A DNA stretch of 64,000 nt from Vulcanimicrobiales bacterium (GCA_038231455.1 JBBRLI010000004.1:140928-204927), one strand, 5' to 3'. Shown: positions 9,149-19,992, counted from the first letter of the stretch. Program-made: numbers and translations. The notes: generated by a model from the sequence alone, not told the origin.

Positions 9149-11173
9149 TTGCCTGTGATCGCTCGCCGCTTCGTCCCCATCGTCCTGATCATGTCACTGC
9201 TGAGTGCCACCATCCCGGCACCCGCGTTTGCACTTTCGACCCAAAGTGAAGTGCAGCTCGGCAAAGAGACCGACAAAGAGATCACGGACTCGACGACCGT
9301 CATTACCGACCCGTTGCTCAACGCCTGGGTCAACGAGATCTCGCAAAAGCTCTGGACGCAAGTCGCGCGCAAAGACGTCCCGTATAACATCAAAATTTTA
9401 GATGTGAACGACGTCAACGCGTTCACCACGCTTGGCGGTTACATCTACATCAACGAGGGGACGCTCGATTTCGCGCAGTCCGATGACGAACTCGCGGGAG
9501 TGATCGCTCACGAAACCGGCCATGACGAACGTCGTCACGCCATCACCGGCAGCACCAAGGCGAATATCGTCAACATTCTCTTCGGCATCGGCTCGCTGTT
9601 CTCGCCATTCTTATATCGTTTCGGCCAGATCATGCAAGCGGGCGTGCTTGCGAAAATTTCGCGCGGACAAGAAACCGAAGCCGATAAATACGGCCTGATG
9701 CTCATGACGCGCGCCGGATACGATCCCGATGCGATGGTCTCGTTCATGAAGCATTTAGGTGCGGCATACGCCGATCACGACGATCTGGTCAGCAAGTATT
9801 TCGCCGATCATCCGGGCGTCCCCGATCGCGTCGCGCACCTGGTCGGTTATCCCGAACTCGATCCCAAGAATCGGACGCTCGATCAGCGTGTCGTCGCCGC
9901 GCTTCACAACGAAGCAACGGCGCGTTACGCAATCGCCGCGCGCGAATTTGCATCGATCGTCAAAGCCGATCCGCATAACGCGGTCGCGCAGTTTCACCTC
10001 GGTCAGTCGCAACTCGCGCTCGGTCAAACATCCAAAGGCGAACAGAATCTCGCCGAAGCGGCTACCGCCGGAACACCCGAAACGAAGACCCTTGCGCTCT
10101 CGCGCATCCGTCAATTGCGCGATAGCGAAAAACGCCTCGACCTGCTCAAACCCAACTTGCAGCCGCTGCGCGATGAACTCGCGGAGGCACAGCTGAAAGA
10201 ATCGCAGGCCGTGACCGCGATTCAATCGCGTCACGACTCGGGTCGCGATCAACTCAAAGCCATCTCCGCGCGCCTGCAGAATCTCACGTACAGCGTGCCG
10301 GACTTCAGCCGCGTGCAAGTGCGCAAAGGCGGCCGGCTCGAAGCAGTAATCAAGAACCTTACCGGCATGAGCCGCTCGGTCGACACCGTGCAGGCCCATG
10401 CAACGGAGGCAATCCTTGGCGTCGGTTCGCTTGAAAAGAATAAAGAAGGCGGACTGCTCAAAGAAAACGCGGCGATTTACGCCGAGATGGCAGCACCGCT
10501 CAAGCTCACCCCCGTTCCGCCGCAGTCGCTCGCCACGCTCGCCGATTATCCGCGCACCTTCACGACGCTCCAAGCAGCCGATGCCGACATGCTGCGCGGT
10601 GTCGATGCCGGACGCGCCTCGCTTGCCATGATGGACGCGGGGCTCGGCGATCTCGACGTCTTCCTGCGCACGCTCGCACATCTGCAGTACGATATCCAAG
10701 GCGAGATCTCGATTGGCGACTATAACATGCTGCTGCCGCTCATGACGAAGGCGACCGACTCACTTAACAAAGCAGCCGTCGCCGCTTCGCAGTCATCGCA
10801 GCTCTTCAACATGGCGCGCTCGCGTCAGCTCGAAGCGCACATCACGCTTCTCGGCGTGCAAGGCAGCGGCGACCGCTACGCGACGCTGCAAAAGGCGCTC
10901 AACGTGCGTTTCCACAACGACGGCCTCGCCTTCGATGAAATGCTCAAGAGCGATCTTGCACCGGGCGACGTCGTCGCTGCAACGATCGTTGCGGCCGACA
11001 CGAACACAACGCCGGCCGCAATCGTGCAAGAAGCCCGCGCGACGAATAAGTCGATCGTGGACGTTGCCAACGCCCGTGGCATGCACGCCGAGGCCTTGGA
11101 GATTTTCCTCGGCTTGATCTACCTCAACTATACCGACGACCCCGAGAAAGAAGCCCGCGGCATCGGGGCGTAG
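9149..11173 (+). CDS. Exported M48 zinc metalloprotease (BepA-like) with TPR and long helical extension
   Basis: Signal peptide, VNAFTTLGG, HETGH, QETEADKYG, DHP motifs; start may be GTG 9155. Confidence 0.85.
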   Translation: MPVIARRFVPIVLIMSLLSATIPAPAFALSTQSEVQLGKETDKEITDSTTVITDPLLNAWVNEISQKLWTQVARKDVPYNIKILDVNDVNAFTTLGGYIYINEGTLDFAQSDDELAGVIAHETGHDERRHAITGSTKANIVNILFGIGSLFSPFLYRFGQIMQAGVLAKISRGQETEADKYGLMLMTRAGYDPDAMVSFMKHLGAAYADHDDLVSKYFADHPGVPDRVAHLVGYPELDPKNRTLDQRVVAALHNEATARYAIAAREFASIVKADPHNAVAQFHLGQSQLALGQTSKGEQNLAEAATAGTPETKTLALSRIRQLRDSEKRLDLLKPNLQPLRDELAEAQLKESQAVTAIQSRHDSGRDQLKAISARLQNLTYSVPDFSRVQVRKGGRLEAVIKNLTGMSRSVDTVQAHATEAILGVGSLEKNKEGGLLKENAAIYAEMAAPLKLTPVPPQSLATLADYPRTFTTLQAADADMLRGVDAGRASLAMMDAGLGDLDVFLRTLAHLQYDIQGEISIGDYNMLLPLMTKATDSLNKAAVAASQSSQLFNMARSRQLEAHITLLGVQGSGDRYATLQKALNVRFHNDGLAFDEMLKSDLAPGDVVAATIVAADTNTTPAAIVQEARATNKSIVDVANARGMHAEALEIFLGLIYLNYTDDPEKEARGIGA

Positions 11174-11185
11174 GCCCCAAACTCC

Positions 11186-11215
11186 AGGCCGCCCGCGCTA
11201 GGGCGGCCTTTTTTT
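11186..11215 (+). terminator. Rho-independent terminator
   Basis: AGGCCGCCC/GGGCGGCCT stem followed by a T-run after the M48 gene. Confidence 0.85.
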
Positions 11216-11269
11216 ATGCCGTGGGCTATAAGGTGGAACAACCAACCTCAGAATCGGGTACAGAAGAGT

Positions 11270-12277
11270 ATGAATTATCAAGCGGGCGTCATGGGCGCCG
11301 CCGACGTCTTCAACAAGCTCCGCTCCAGCATCAACGTCGGTGCCGTGCGCGCGCAGACACGCGCTCCGTTCCGCTTTTTGCTCTGCGGCGATCCGGGGCT
11401 CGTCTCCGAACTGCGAGCCCTCTTGCTTGCGGGCGGCGATGCGGATTTCATCCCGATGGACGCTGCCGCCACGCTCGAGACGATCGACCCGGGCCGGCTC
11501 GTCGAGACGAGCGACGCGAAGGCGATTCTGTTCCTCGGCCGCGTGGGCGACCGTGACGGCGCGCGCCTCGATCTCCTGCAGACATTCAAACTGCCGATTC
11601 TCTCATTGCTCGTCGATCCGGAGGTCGCCGCGCCATCCGGTCCGGCGTCCGCACCCGCCGCCGGAAATATCGAGGACTACATCGTCGCGAAAATCGATCG
11701 CGACACGCTCAAAGGCCGCTTTCTCCCACACCTGATCGATTGTTGCAAAGGCATCGAGATTGCCGTCGGACGCCGCCTCCCGGCGCTGCGCGAAACCGTC
11801 TGCGCGAAACTTACGCGCGATGCGGCAATGAACTCGCTCAAGATCGCGGGCGCAAGTGCCCTTGCCGATAAAATTCCGTTCGTCGGCATCGTGCTCGGCG
11901 CGTTCGCATCGGCTGGCGACATGGTCGCCATCACCGGCATCCAGATGATGCTCATGCTGCAGATCGGTGCCGTGTTCGGGAAAGAGCCCGACATGCAGCG
12001 GATGTGGGAATTGCTGCCGATCGTCGGCGGCGGCTTCGGCTGGCGCATGCTCTCGCGCGAACTCTCGGGCTTCATCCCCGTCGCTGGCATCTTCATCAAA
12101 GGCGCAATCGCGTACGCGGGCACGATCGTCGTCGGCGAGAGCGTGACGTTCTATTTTCTGCACGGCCGCCACATGAGTCCGAGCGATGCATCAACGGTCT
12201 ATGCGGATGCAAAGAGCGCCGCGATGCGTCTAGGGCGCGATATTTTCGACCGGTTACGTCCGCGTCGCGATCCCTAA
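11270..12277 (+). CDS. DUF697/YcjF-like membrane-associated protein
   Basis: C-terminal half IPFVG...DMVAITGIQMMLMLQIGAVFG...IPVAGIFIKGAIAYAGT; start uncertain. Confidence 0.6.
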   Translation: MNYQAGVMGAADVFNKLRSSINVGAVRAQTRAPFRFLLCGDPGLVSELRALLLAGGDADFIPMDAAATLETIDPGRLVETSDAKAILFLGRVGDRDGARLDLLQTFKLPILSLLVDPEVAAPSGPASAPAAGNIEDYIVAKIDRDTLKGRFLPHLIDCCKGIEIAVGRRLPALRETVCAKLTRDAAMNSLKIAGASALADKIPFVGIVLGAFASAGDMVAITGIQMMLMLQIGAVFGKEPDMQRMWELLPIVGGGFGWRMLSRELSGFIPVAGIFIKGAIAYAGTIVVGESVTFYFLHGRHMSPSDASTVYADAKSAAMRLGRDIFDRLRPRRDP

Positions 12278-12961
12278 GAGAAACGCATCGTCGTCGAGCT
12301 GCGCGAGAGCCGGCTCGGGGAACTTCGCCCGCAAGCGATTTGCGAGTTCGGTTGCAATTCGCTTGCGCGCCGTCGAGCTGAGCATCGCGCGGCGTTCGAT
12401 GTAGCGTTCGACGAGCGCGCGCTCGTCGCGATCGAGTCGCACGTCGCTTGACGACGGACGATATCCCTGCGCAGCACGTTTACCTTCGCGCACGACGATC
12501 GTTCCGGCCGCAAAATCGCCGAGCCGCTTATTTTCTTTGGAGACGAGCGTGCTGATTGCGGAAATGAGGTAGAATCCAAGACCAAATTCGATCGCACGAA
12601 TCACGTTGCGAATCGTGACGGTGAGAAAGTCGACCGGAAATCCGCCGTCGCGTACGACGCGAATCCCGATCGCCTTCTTGCCCGGTGTTTGGCCGCGCCA
12701 CAACCACTCGAAGATGATGAAGTAGCCGAAGAAATTCAAGAACGTCAGGAAAATATAGAACGCATAGATCCAGGGCTGCGGTACGATGCGCGGACCTTTG
12801 TGCGTGCTGCCGATCGCAGCGAATATTGCGGTTGCAACGATCAAGAGCACGATCTGAATCGCAAAATCGATGAACACCGCAAGGAAGCGGCTCCCGAGCC
12901 CCGCGAGTTCGTAGGAGATCGCGATCGACTCGGGGGTGCGGACATCGAGGGAACGCTCCAC
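12254..12961 (-). CDS. RDD family membrane protein
   Basis: TPE...YELAGLGSRFLAVFID, GQTPGK, KRLGDFAAGTIVV. Confidence 0.9.
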   Translation of the reverse strand: MERSLDVRTPESIAISYELAGLGSRFLAVFIDFAIQIVLLIVATAIFAAIGSTHKGPRIVPQPWIYAFYIFLTFLNFFGYFIIFEWLWRGQTPGKKAIGIRVVRDGGFPVDFLTVTIRNVIRAIEFGLGFYLISAISTLVSKENKRLGDFAAGTIVVREGKRAAQGYRPSSSDVRLDRDERALVERYIERRAMLSSTARKRIATELANRLRAKFPEPALAQLDDDAFLLGIATRT

Positions 12962-13005
12962 TAGCGCACCGAGGCCGCGCTGCGGCGGGACGGGAAGCCA
13001 CGCTT

Positions 13006-14040
13006 ATGCGCGAGGAGACATTCGTCGCTCGGGGGAGCGAACGCTGGGAGCGCCTCGATGTTCTGCTGGGGCGAGCCGATCGCGGCGGCATTCGCCGCCT
13101 TGCGCCGAGTGAGGTGGTAGAACTTGGGCTGCTGTATCGCCGCCTGACCTCGGACCTTGCCTATGCGCAGGGACGCCGCTTCGATCCGAATCTGATCGGC
13201 TACATCAATCGCCTGGTCGTACGCGGCCATTCGTACATCTATGGCGGGGCGCTCGAAAGTGGCCGCGCCCGTCTGGTCTCGTTTTTTACTACGGTATTCC
13301 CGGCGGAATTCCGTCGCTCGTGGATCCCGATCGCGCTCTGCGCGCTGCTGTTCACGCTGACGACGGTCGTGTCGTTTGCGATCGTGCGGCACGATCCGAG
13401 TACCGCATACGCGCTCGTCCCCGGCGAGATCCCCAAAGTCGAAAAGAGCCTGCACGATTCGAACTTCGCGGTCAATCGGTCCGATGCCCCGGAGATGTCG
13501 GCGCTGATCATCACCAACAACATCCGCGTCTCGGTCATGGCGTTTGCCGGCGGCATGACGCTGGGCGCACTCACGGTCTGGGCAATCTATTTCAACGGTC
13601 TGGATTTCGGATCGATTGGCGCACTCTTCGCAAACGCCGGTTTCGGCTACGATTTCTTTGCGACGGTTGCACCGCACGGCGTCATCGAACTCACCGCGAT
13701 TCAAGTCGCCGGCGGCGGCGGTTTATTGCTCGCAGCCGGTGTGCTCGTGCCCGGACGCTTGCGGCGCAGCGTCGCGCTCGTGCGTAACGCGCGGCGTGCG
13801 GGCGTGCTGATGCTCGGTGTCTGCGCGATGCTCGTCGTTGCGGGAACGATCGAGGGATTCTTCTCGCCGCTGCGCCTGAGTGCTGAAATTCGCCTCGCTT
13901 TTGGTGCGCTCACCGCCGTCGCCCTCATCGCGTACTTTGGATTTGCCGGACGGCCGCGACCTAAATCGCTCCGCGCGTCTTCATTTCGATATACCGGTTC
14001 ACCAGCGCTAATCCGAGATCCGGCGCGGGCACATCGATGA
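13006..14040 (+). CDS. SpoIIM-family membrane protein
   Basis: LYRRLTSDLAYAQ, NNIRV, PHGVIELTAI, AGTIEGF. Confidence 0.88.
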   Translation: MREETFVARGSERWERLDVLLGRADRGGIRRLAPSEVVELGLLYRRLTSDLAYAQGRRFDPNLIGYINRLVVRGHSYIYGGALESGRARLVSFFTTVFPAEFRRSWIPIALCALLFTLTTVVSFAIVRHDPSTAYALVPGEIPKVEKSLHDSNFAVNRSDAPEMSALIITNNIRVSVMAFAGGMTLGALTVWAIYFNGLDFGSIGALFANAGFGYDFFATVAPHGVIELTAIQVAGGGGLLLAAGVLVPGRLRRSVALVRNARRAGVLMLGVCAMLVVAGTIEGFFSPLRLSAEIRLAFGALTAVALIAYFGFAGRPRPKSLRASSFRYTGSPALIRDPARAHR

Positions 14041-15298
14041 CGCCGATGCCGCGCCGCGCGAGCAAGAGCGCGGCGCGGCGACGTTCCTCGCCCAGCGTCG
14101 CGGCAACCGAAGCGCGATACGCCTCATCGACGCTCGTCGGTCGGAGTGACACGGCATTTGCGATCGCCTCATCGTTCATCATTACGACGACGATGAGGTG
14201 CCGACGTGCGAGCGCGCCGAGTTCGCCAAGAAGTGCCGCCGAGGCAACCGGATCGAACATGTCGGTAAACACAACGACCAAGCTCCGTTTGGTTTGACGG
14301 CGGCGCAGATACGCAAACGCCCCTTCGTAATCGGACTCTTCAAAGCGCGGTTGAAGATCGGCGATGCGCCGCGCGATGAGCGCCGCATGTGCGGGACGCG
14401 CCGCGGGTGCGACGTAGTCGACGATACCACCGGCGAAGGCAAGGAAACCGACTTTGTCGTCGGCGGCGGCGGCGCGGCTTGTAAGCATGAGCGCCGCCGT
14501 CAACGCGTAGTCGAACTTGCGCTGACCCGCGACGGGCGCGGTCATCAAGCGGCCCGCATCGAGCGCGAGAATGACGCTCTGACTGCGTTCGACGGTCCGT
14601 TCGACGACGATCGTCTTGCCGCGCCGCGCCGTAGCTTGCCAGGCGATCGATCGGAACGCATCGCCCGGGACATAATCGCGCAAGCTTTCAAAATCACTAC
14701 CGGTTCCGGTCCGACGCAGACGTCGCAACCCGGCATCGATCGTGCGCCGACGCTGCGCGAGCGTTCCCGGTTGAACGAGCGCACGCAGATCCGGCCACAC
14801 ACGAAACGGCGACGGAGCATCGTGGGATGCGTAGGCACGCACGATTCCCAGCGGCGTTTCCCACCACGCGGCAAACCCGGTCAGCGTCCCCGACCCGCGT
14901 TCGTGCGGCACGAACGGCAGCACCACCTCGAGCCCCGCGTTGGCTTCGATCGATGCAATCGTTTCGCGCTCTTCAAACCGCAAGAGTGCAACGGGCGCTT
15001 CGAGCAAGCCGATACGAAGCCGCAGCGGACCACGATTCTCAAGCTGATAGCGGAGCGCACCCGCTTCGCCCAGCGTCAGGCGCCCGAGCGGCTCGCGCAC
15101 GATCTGCACGCGTGCGCGGCCCGGAACGAGCGCGCAATCAACCACCGCGACGATGACGAATGCGACTCCGAGCGCGATGCCAAGACCGATGCAGAACGGA
15201 AAGACCGATCCAACGCCAATGCACGCCGCGACAATCAGCGCGACGAACAACGCGCGACGCGTAAACCAGCGGCGCGGCAGCAGACGGCGAATCGTCAG
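13961..15298 (-). CDS. DUF58 / vWA-like protein of the MoxR cluster
   Basis: GSDFESLRDYVPGD...IAWQATAR, LALDAGRLM; start approximate. Confidence 0.88.
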   Translation of the reverse strand: MTIRRLLPRRWFTRRALFVALIVAACIGVGSVFPFCIGLGIALGVAFVIVAVVDCALVPGRARVQIVREPLGRLTLGEAGALRYQLENRGPLRLRIGLLEAPVALLRFEERETIASIEANAGLEVVLPFVPHERGSGTLTGFAAWWETPLGIVRAYASHDAPSPFRVWPDLRALVQPGTLAQRRRTIDAGLRRLRRTGTGSDFESLRDYVPGDAFRSIAWQATARRGKTIVVERTVERSQSVILALDAGRLMTAPVAGQRKFDYALTAALMLTSRAAAADDKVGFLAFAGGIVDYVAPAARPAHAALIARRIADLQPRFEESDYEGAFAYLRRRQTKRSLVVVFTDMFDPVASAALLGELGALARRHLIVVVMMNDEAIANAVSLRPTSVDEAYRASVAATLGEERRRAALLLARRGIGVIDVPAPDLGLALVNRYIEMKTRGAI

Positions 15299-16245
15299 CT
15301 CGCAGCGATGACGGGAACGGGGACGGCATCCAAGATGCGCGCGATCACGGCGAGCGTATCGATGCCCTCGATCTCCGCTTCCGGCTGCACGATCATACGA
15401 TGTCCGAGCACCATTGCGGCCGTCGCTTTGCAATCGTCGGGCGTTGCAAACGTGCGATCATCCAGAAAAGCCGCACACTTCATCGCGGTTAGGAGAGAAA
15501 TCGCTGCGCGCGGACTCGCGCCAAGGGCGAGTTCCGGTGTGTTGCGCGTCTTCGCGATCACTGCATACAGATAGTCGATGAGTTCCCCCGCGACGTGAAT
15601 CGTTCGGACGTGAGCCTGTGCCGCACTTATTTCTTCGAGCGTCGCGACCGGCTGAATCGCCTCGAGATCGAGTGCATTGAATCCGGCGTTCGCGCGCGCG
15701 AGCAGATCGCGCTCTTGCGCTGCCGAGGGATAATCGGTCGTCGTCTTCACCATGAACCGATCGAGCTGTGCCTCCGGTAGCGGATAGGTGCCTTCGAACT
15801 CGATTGGATTCTGGGTTGCCGCCACGATGAACGGCGTCGGCATCGCGATCCGGTTGCCGTCGATCGTGACCTGGCGTTCTTCCATCGCCTCGAGAAGGGC
15901 CGATTGCGTCTTAGGCGGCGTGCGGTTGATTTCATCGGCGAGCACCACGTTGGCGGAGATCGGCCCCACACGCAGTGAGAATTGTGCGCTGCGAGGATCG
16001 AACGTCGTGGTCCCGATGACGTCGGCGGGCATGAGATCGGGCGTGAATTGAATGCGTCGGAACGAGCCGCCGATTAGCCGCGCGAGCGTCCGCACGAGCA
16101 ATGTTTTGGCCGTACCCGGCACGCCTTCGACGAGCAGATGTCCGCCGCCGAAGAGTGCGACGAGCGCGGCGAAAATCGGGCCGTCCGTACCGACGAGCAC
16201 GCGTCGAAATCCCTCATCGAGCCGCTGCGCGACGCTGTGTTCCAT
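15295..16245 (-). CDS. moxR: MoxR family AAA+ ATPase
   Basis: GVPGTAKT, RIQFTPDLMPAD, LADEINRTPPKTQSALLEAMEE, EGTYPLPEAQLDRF. Confidence 0.95.
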   Translation of the reverse strand: MEHSVAQRLDEGFRRVLVGTDGPIFAALVALFGGGHLLVEGVPGTAKTLLVRTLARLIGGSFRRIQFTPDLMPADVIGTTTFDPRSAQFSLRVGPISANVVLADEINRTPPKTQSALLEAMEERQVTIDGNRIAMPTPFIVAATQNPIEFEGTYPLPEAQLDRFMVKTTTDYPSAAQERDLLARANAGFNALDLEAIQPVATLEEISAAQAHVRTIHVAGELIDYLYAVIAKTRNTPELALGASPRAAISLLTAMKCAAFLDDRTFATPDDCKATAAMVLGHRMIVQPEAEIEGIDTLAVIARILDAVPVPVIAAS

Positions 16246-17383
16246 CCGTGTCCAGTTCCTTTCGGAGTTCCGCGCAAAGCTGCGCGGCATGTAGGAGTTG
16301 TGAATCATCGACGCCCGAGCGCGCACGTAGCGCGGCAAGTTCGCGAATGCGTTCGGGAGCACCGGTTCGACCTTGCGCGAGGACGGCAAGCGTGTTCGGA
16401 TCGGTGTGCGTGGGGAGACCGAACGCACGCGCGACCGATGCAAACGTCGCATCGATCAAGTCGGCAAGCGCGCGCGTCGCCGCCCGCCCACGGCGCAGCA
16501 AAATCGCAAGCGATGCTAAATAGGCAGCGGAATTCGGGTCGGAGGCGATGGGAACGGCGGCGGCCGGGACAAATCGTATGGCGGACCCGACGAGCGCGAC
16601 GAGGCAAGCCCCTATCGCGATGAGGATCGCAACGCGCAGCGGCTCGGGCAGCACGAGCCAAGCCGATTCCGCGCGGCCGTATCCGTGTACGAATTCATCG
16701 AATGCAACCGTCGTATCCGGACCGGCGCCGAGAACGTTTACGGCAAAGCGCGCGTTGTCGGCGCGTTCGAGCAATCGGTTCGTAAAAATCGTGGGGTCGC
16801 TCAGGACAACAATACGGCCGCGACCGAGCGCGTAGCTCGCAAGCACCGCACCACTTGCATCGGCAACGATCGGCACGACGGCGGGAAACGCACGGTACAC
16901 GATGCGCGTGGTATCCTCGCCGACAATCTGATCGACGCCGCGCGTGTACGGCGATGCGATGATCGGCACGGCACCGTACGTGTTACGAACGGTGATCTCG
17001 CGCGTCACCGGAAGTTTCAGGGTCTTGCGCGCATACGCGCTACTACTGCCGATGACAACGAGCGTCTTGCCGCGTTTCGCGACAAAATCACGTAGCTCGT
17101 CGACGTCGACTTTGGCATACGTGCCGATTCCCGATAGAACCAATCGGTCGGCGACCAGAAATCGCGGATGGCGATTGCTTTCGACAACGCGGACGCCTTC
17201 GCGCTCGAGCAAACGGCGCACGGCAAGATAGCCTCCGCGATCGCTATCGTGGGTCGAATACGTATCGACGTAATCGGGCGGCGCGGCGCGCTGTGCACCC
17301 ACAATTCCAGCAACGATCAGGGCCAGCGTAACGAGTGCGAGCGCGATGACATCACCCGGCCGCAGCGCGCGCAGGAGCATCAT
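16214..17383 (-). CDS. DUF4350 domain membrane protein
   Basis: N-terminal TM, YSTHDSDRGG, LSDPTIFTNRLL...DNARFA, FDEFVHG; cluster context. Confidence 0.75.
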   Translation of the reverse strand: MMLLRALRPGDVIALALVTLALIVAGIVGAQRAAPPDYVDTYSTHDSDRGGYLAVRRLLEREGVRVVESNRHPRFLVADRLVLSGIGTYAKVDVDELRDFVAKRGKTLVVIGSSSAYARKTLKLPVTREITVRNTYGAVPIIASPYTRGVDQIVGEDTTRIVYRAFPAVVPIVADASGAVLASYALGRGRIVVLSDPTIFTNRLLERADNARFAVNVLGAGPDTTVAFDEFVHGYGRAESAWLVLPEPLRVAILIAIGACLVALVGSAIRFVPAAAVPIASDPNSAAYLASLAILLRRGRAATRALADLIDATFASVARAFGLPTHTDPNTLAVLAQGRTGAPERIRELAALRARSGVDDSQLLHAAQLCAELRKELDTDGTQRRAAAR

Positions 17384-18144
17384 GCGAAGACGCGCTCGTA
17401 CGCAGCAAGCGTGCTTGCCCACGCCAATTCATCGGGTTCGCGATTTCCGTACACCGCGACGACGTATTCGCGCGCGAGCGTATCGAACGGCTCGGCGAGC
17501 GGCGCCTGCGCGCGACGTACGGCCCGCCGATATTCCCCAGGCGTGCGCGCAGCGTCGTATCCGACGATTCCACGTTCGTCGAGCGACCGCAGTGCAGCCC
17601 CGAACGTCAGGCCGATCGCCTGGGCGAATTCACCGCGCGAAGCACGCGCGCGTGCTGCTGCAAGCAACTCTGCCGAGCCCGCATCATGCGATCCGGCAGC
17701 GGTGCGCATCGTAGCGCCGATCCGGCGCTCGACACGACGTCGAACCACCGTTACGAGCAGCGCCAGCGCCCCGAGCGACGCGAGCGCGGCAAGTAGTAAG
17801 ACGAGCGTCTGATTCTGTTGCGAGTTCAGATTTGTCGCGCGGCGTAAACCCTTGAAGAGTTTCTCGAGGATCGAACCGAGCCAATTGAAAAAACGGTCGA
17901 TCAACGACTCTTCTTTCTTCCGTGGCTTCGGATGGGGATGCGCGAATTCCGGGGCCGCAAGAATCGTGTGCGCGAGCCAGTGTGCGTCGCGCGGCGGCAC
18001 AAATGCGACCTCATTTGCCGCACGCTTCGCGCGCTGCAATCCGAGCGCGATGGCTTTAGGATCGGCTTTCTTCGCGCGTCGCGCGGCGTCCACAAAGTCC
18101 GCAAGCGATGGCACCGGTGGACGGCGATGCACGATCGCCGGCAC
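17380..18144 (-). CDS. DUF4129 domain membrane protein
   Basis: ILAAPEF, TM segment, ARTPGEY...YVVAVYG; cluster context. Confidence 0.75.
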   Translation of the reverse strand: MPAIVHRRPPVPSLADFVDAARRAKKADPKAIALGLQRAKRAANEVAFVPPRDAHWLAHTILAAPEFAHPHPKPRKKEESLIDRFFNWLGSILEKLFKGLRRATNLNSQQNQTLVLLLAALASLGALALLVTVVRRRVERRIGATMRTAAGSHDAGSAELLAAARARASRGEFAQAIGLTFGAALRSLDERGIVGYDAARTPGEYRRAVRRAQAPLAEPFDTLAREYVVAVYGNREPDELAWASTLAAYERVFA

Positions 18145-18172
18145 CGGCGGCGGTGTCGTTACGATCGGAATC

Positions 18173-19126
18173 TCACGCGATGGGCGCGAGTGGGACCGCT
18201 GCCGACGTCGCCATCAAGTCCGAACCTTCGCGACGCAGGCGTACATCCAGATAGTAAATGGTTGCCGTTGCCGTCGAAAAGATGACCCCGATCGAACTAA
18301 AGAGCTGCGCGATGACGACATAACTTGCGAACCACTTCGTGAGCGCGAAGACGAGGCCGCCCACGACCAAACCCAGGAGCGATGTCGCTAAGGTAACGGC
18401 GAAGAGCGCGAGCGAAACCACGATCGATCGCAAAAATTCGCGCCGGGCGAAAATTCGCGCAAAAGACCGGCCGATCGCAACGAATGGGTTGCCCGTTTCG
18501 AGAACGGCGCTAGCGAACGACACGATCGCGAGTGCATAGCCGAGCGCGCCGAGAGGAACGCTTATGACAAGCGCAACCAGACCAATCAGCAGGCTCGCAA
18601 CGATCCCACCTTGATCGGGGACGGCGACACCTTTGGTGCGCACAACGGTAAAAATAATCAGTCCGAAGACGATCGAGAAGACGAAAATCACAGCGACGAA
18701 GATGAGGAACCAGACGGCACCCGTCCCGAGCATGCTCGGCAAGCGACGAAGCGCGCTGCGATAGATTCCACCAATCGTTAACGACTCGCCGTCGAGCGCG
18801 CGTGCGATGGCAAGCGTTACGACGCCGATCATCAGCGGCGTGATCAAGAGTGCGATCAGCACGATCGCATAATCGAACGGTCCGGATTTTGGGATCGAAT
18901 TCAGGATGGCTGCGGTGTCGGTCTTGCCACCTTTGGCCGCAGCTTGGATCGCCGCAATGTACTGATTGAGCGGATTCACCGAAAAGCTCTGCAAGATTGC
19001 AAGTGGGACCGAAAGCACCGCAACCAACGCGATCAACATCGGAAAGCGCTGCACGCTCACCGTCACAGCACGGTCGAGAATCTCGCCCAAATGAAGTGGA
19101 CGATCGAGCCCACGAATCGACATCAA
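18173..19126 (-). CDS. Polytopic membrane protein (GDPD membrane-domain-like)
   Basis: RPLHLGEILD...YYLDVRLRREGSDL pattern typical of MoxR clusters. Confidence 0.7.
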   Translation of the reverse strand: MMSIRGLDRPLHLGEILDRAVTVSVQRFPMLIALVAVLSVPLAILQSFSVNPLNQYIAAIQAAAKGGKTDTAAILNSIPKSGPFDYAIVLIALLITPLMIGVVTLAIARALDGESLTIGGIYRSALRRLPSMLGTGAVWFLIFVAVIFVFSIVFGLIIFTVVRTKGVAVPDQGGIVASLLIGLVALVISVPLGALGYALAIVSFASAVLETGNPFVAIGRSFARIFARREFLRSIVVSLALFAVTLATSLLGLVVGGLVFALTKWFASYVVIAQLFSSIGVIFSTATATIYYLDVRLRREGSDLMATSAAVPLAPIA

Positions 19127-19134
19127 ACCCGCTT

Positions 19135-19992
19135 TCAGTCGCTGGTAACAGACGCCGCAAAATTCGCGTGAGCGCGAAGCCCCTCCTGGAGTAAATCCGT
19201 GCCATCACGCCGGACGATGAGGTCACGACGCAAGGAAACAAGCGCGGCGACGTTCACGACGTGCGACCCGCCGCCCAGCACGGCGATCAGAACAACGCGT
19301 GCGACGTGTTCGACAAGCGGTGATGCCGCTACGAGGCCTAAGAGATAGTCGCTCGTCACGGCCCCCACATAGATGCTGCCGAGGTGAACGGCAAACGCGG
19401 CGCCGGCGACGAGCATGGCGCTAACGCACGTGCGGCGGGTTGCAAGCCAGCCGAATGTTACCCGCAAGGCTCCAAACGGCGAGCGCGTGTCTAGGACGAT
19501 TGCCGTTAGTGCCAGTCCCGCAACCGCGGCACTATAGGCCATGACCGCGAGCGCGATCAGCGCGGGCACGAGCGCGACCAGGACGACAAGCGCTGGATTT
19601 GCTCGGCTCAGCGGTGCGATCATCAGCGTCACGACAATCCCGGCAACAAGAAGCGCAAAGCCGACCATGAGCGCGAGTGCAAACGCCGTGGCGATAGCGA
19701 ACGGGAATCGCCGCGCCGCCGAGATCACGATCTCCCCCGGGCGTGAGCGACGCCCATCGAGGTGCGCGTCGAGAAACGTGACAAGCACGGTCAAGGCCGC
19801 AAGGTCGACGAGGATGTCGATCAGGAAGGGCACCCACGAGAACGCGCCGCTACCGTCCTCGATTAGCGCGCCGGTCAGTTCGAACGCGCAGCCGATACCG
19901 ATCGAAACGACGGCGGTGCGCACCACAAGATCGATCGCCCGATCGAAAATTTCGCCGACGCCGCGTGGTCGCTCCCGTTCGCGAACCGACAT
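19135..19992 (-). CDS. Polytopic membrane protein, divergent paralog of the preceding gene
   Basis: RPRGVGEIFD...RDLIVRRDGTDL shares the terminal motifs. Confidence 0.65.
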   Translation of the reverse strand: MSVRERERPRGVGEIFDRAIDLVVRTAVVSIGIGCAFELTGALIEDGSGAFSWVPFLIDILVDLAALTVLVTFLDAHLDGRRSRPGEIVISAARRFPFAIATAFALALMVGFALLVAGIVVTLMIAPLSRANPALVVLVALVPALIALAVMAYSAAVAGLALTAIVLDTRSPFGALRVTFGWLATRRTCVSAMLVAGAAFAVHLGSIYVGAVTSDYLLGLVAASPLVEHVARVVLIAVLGGGSHVVNVAALVSLRRDLIVRRDGTDLLQEGLRAHANFAASVTSD

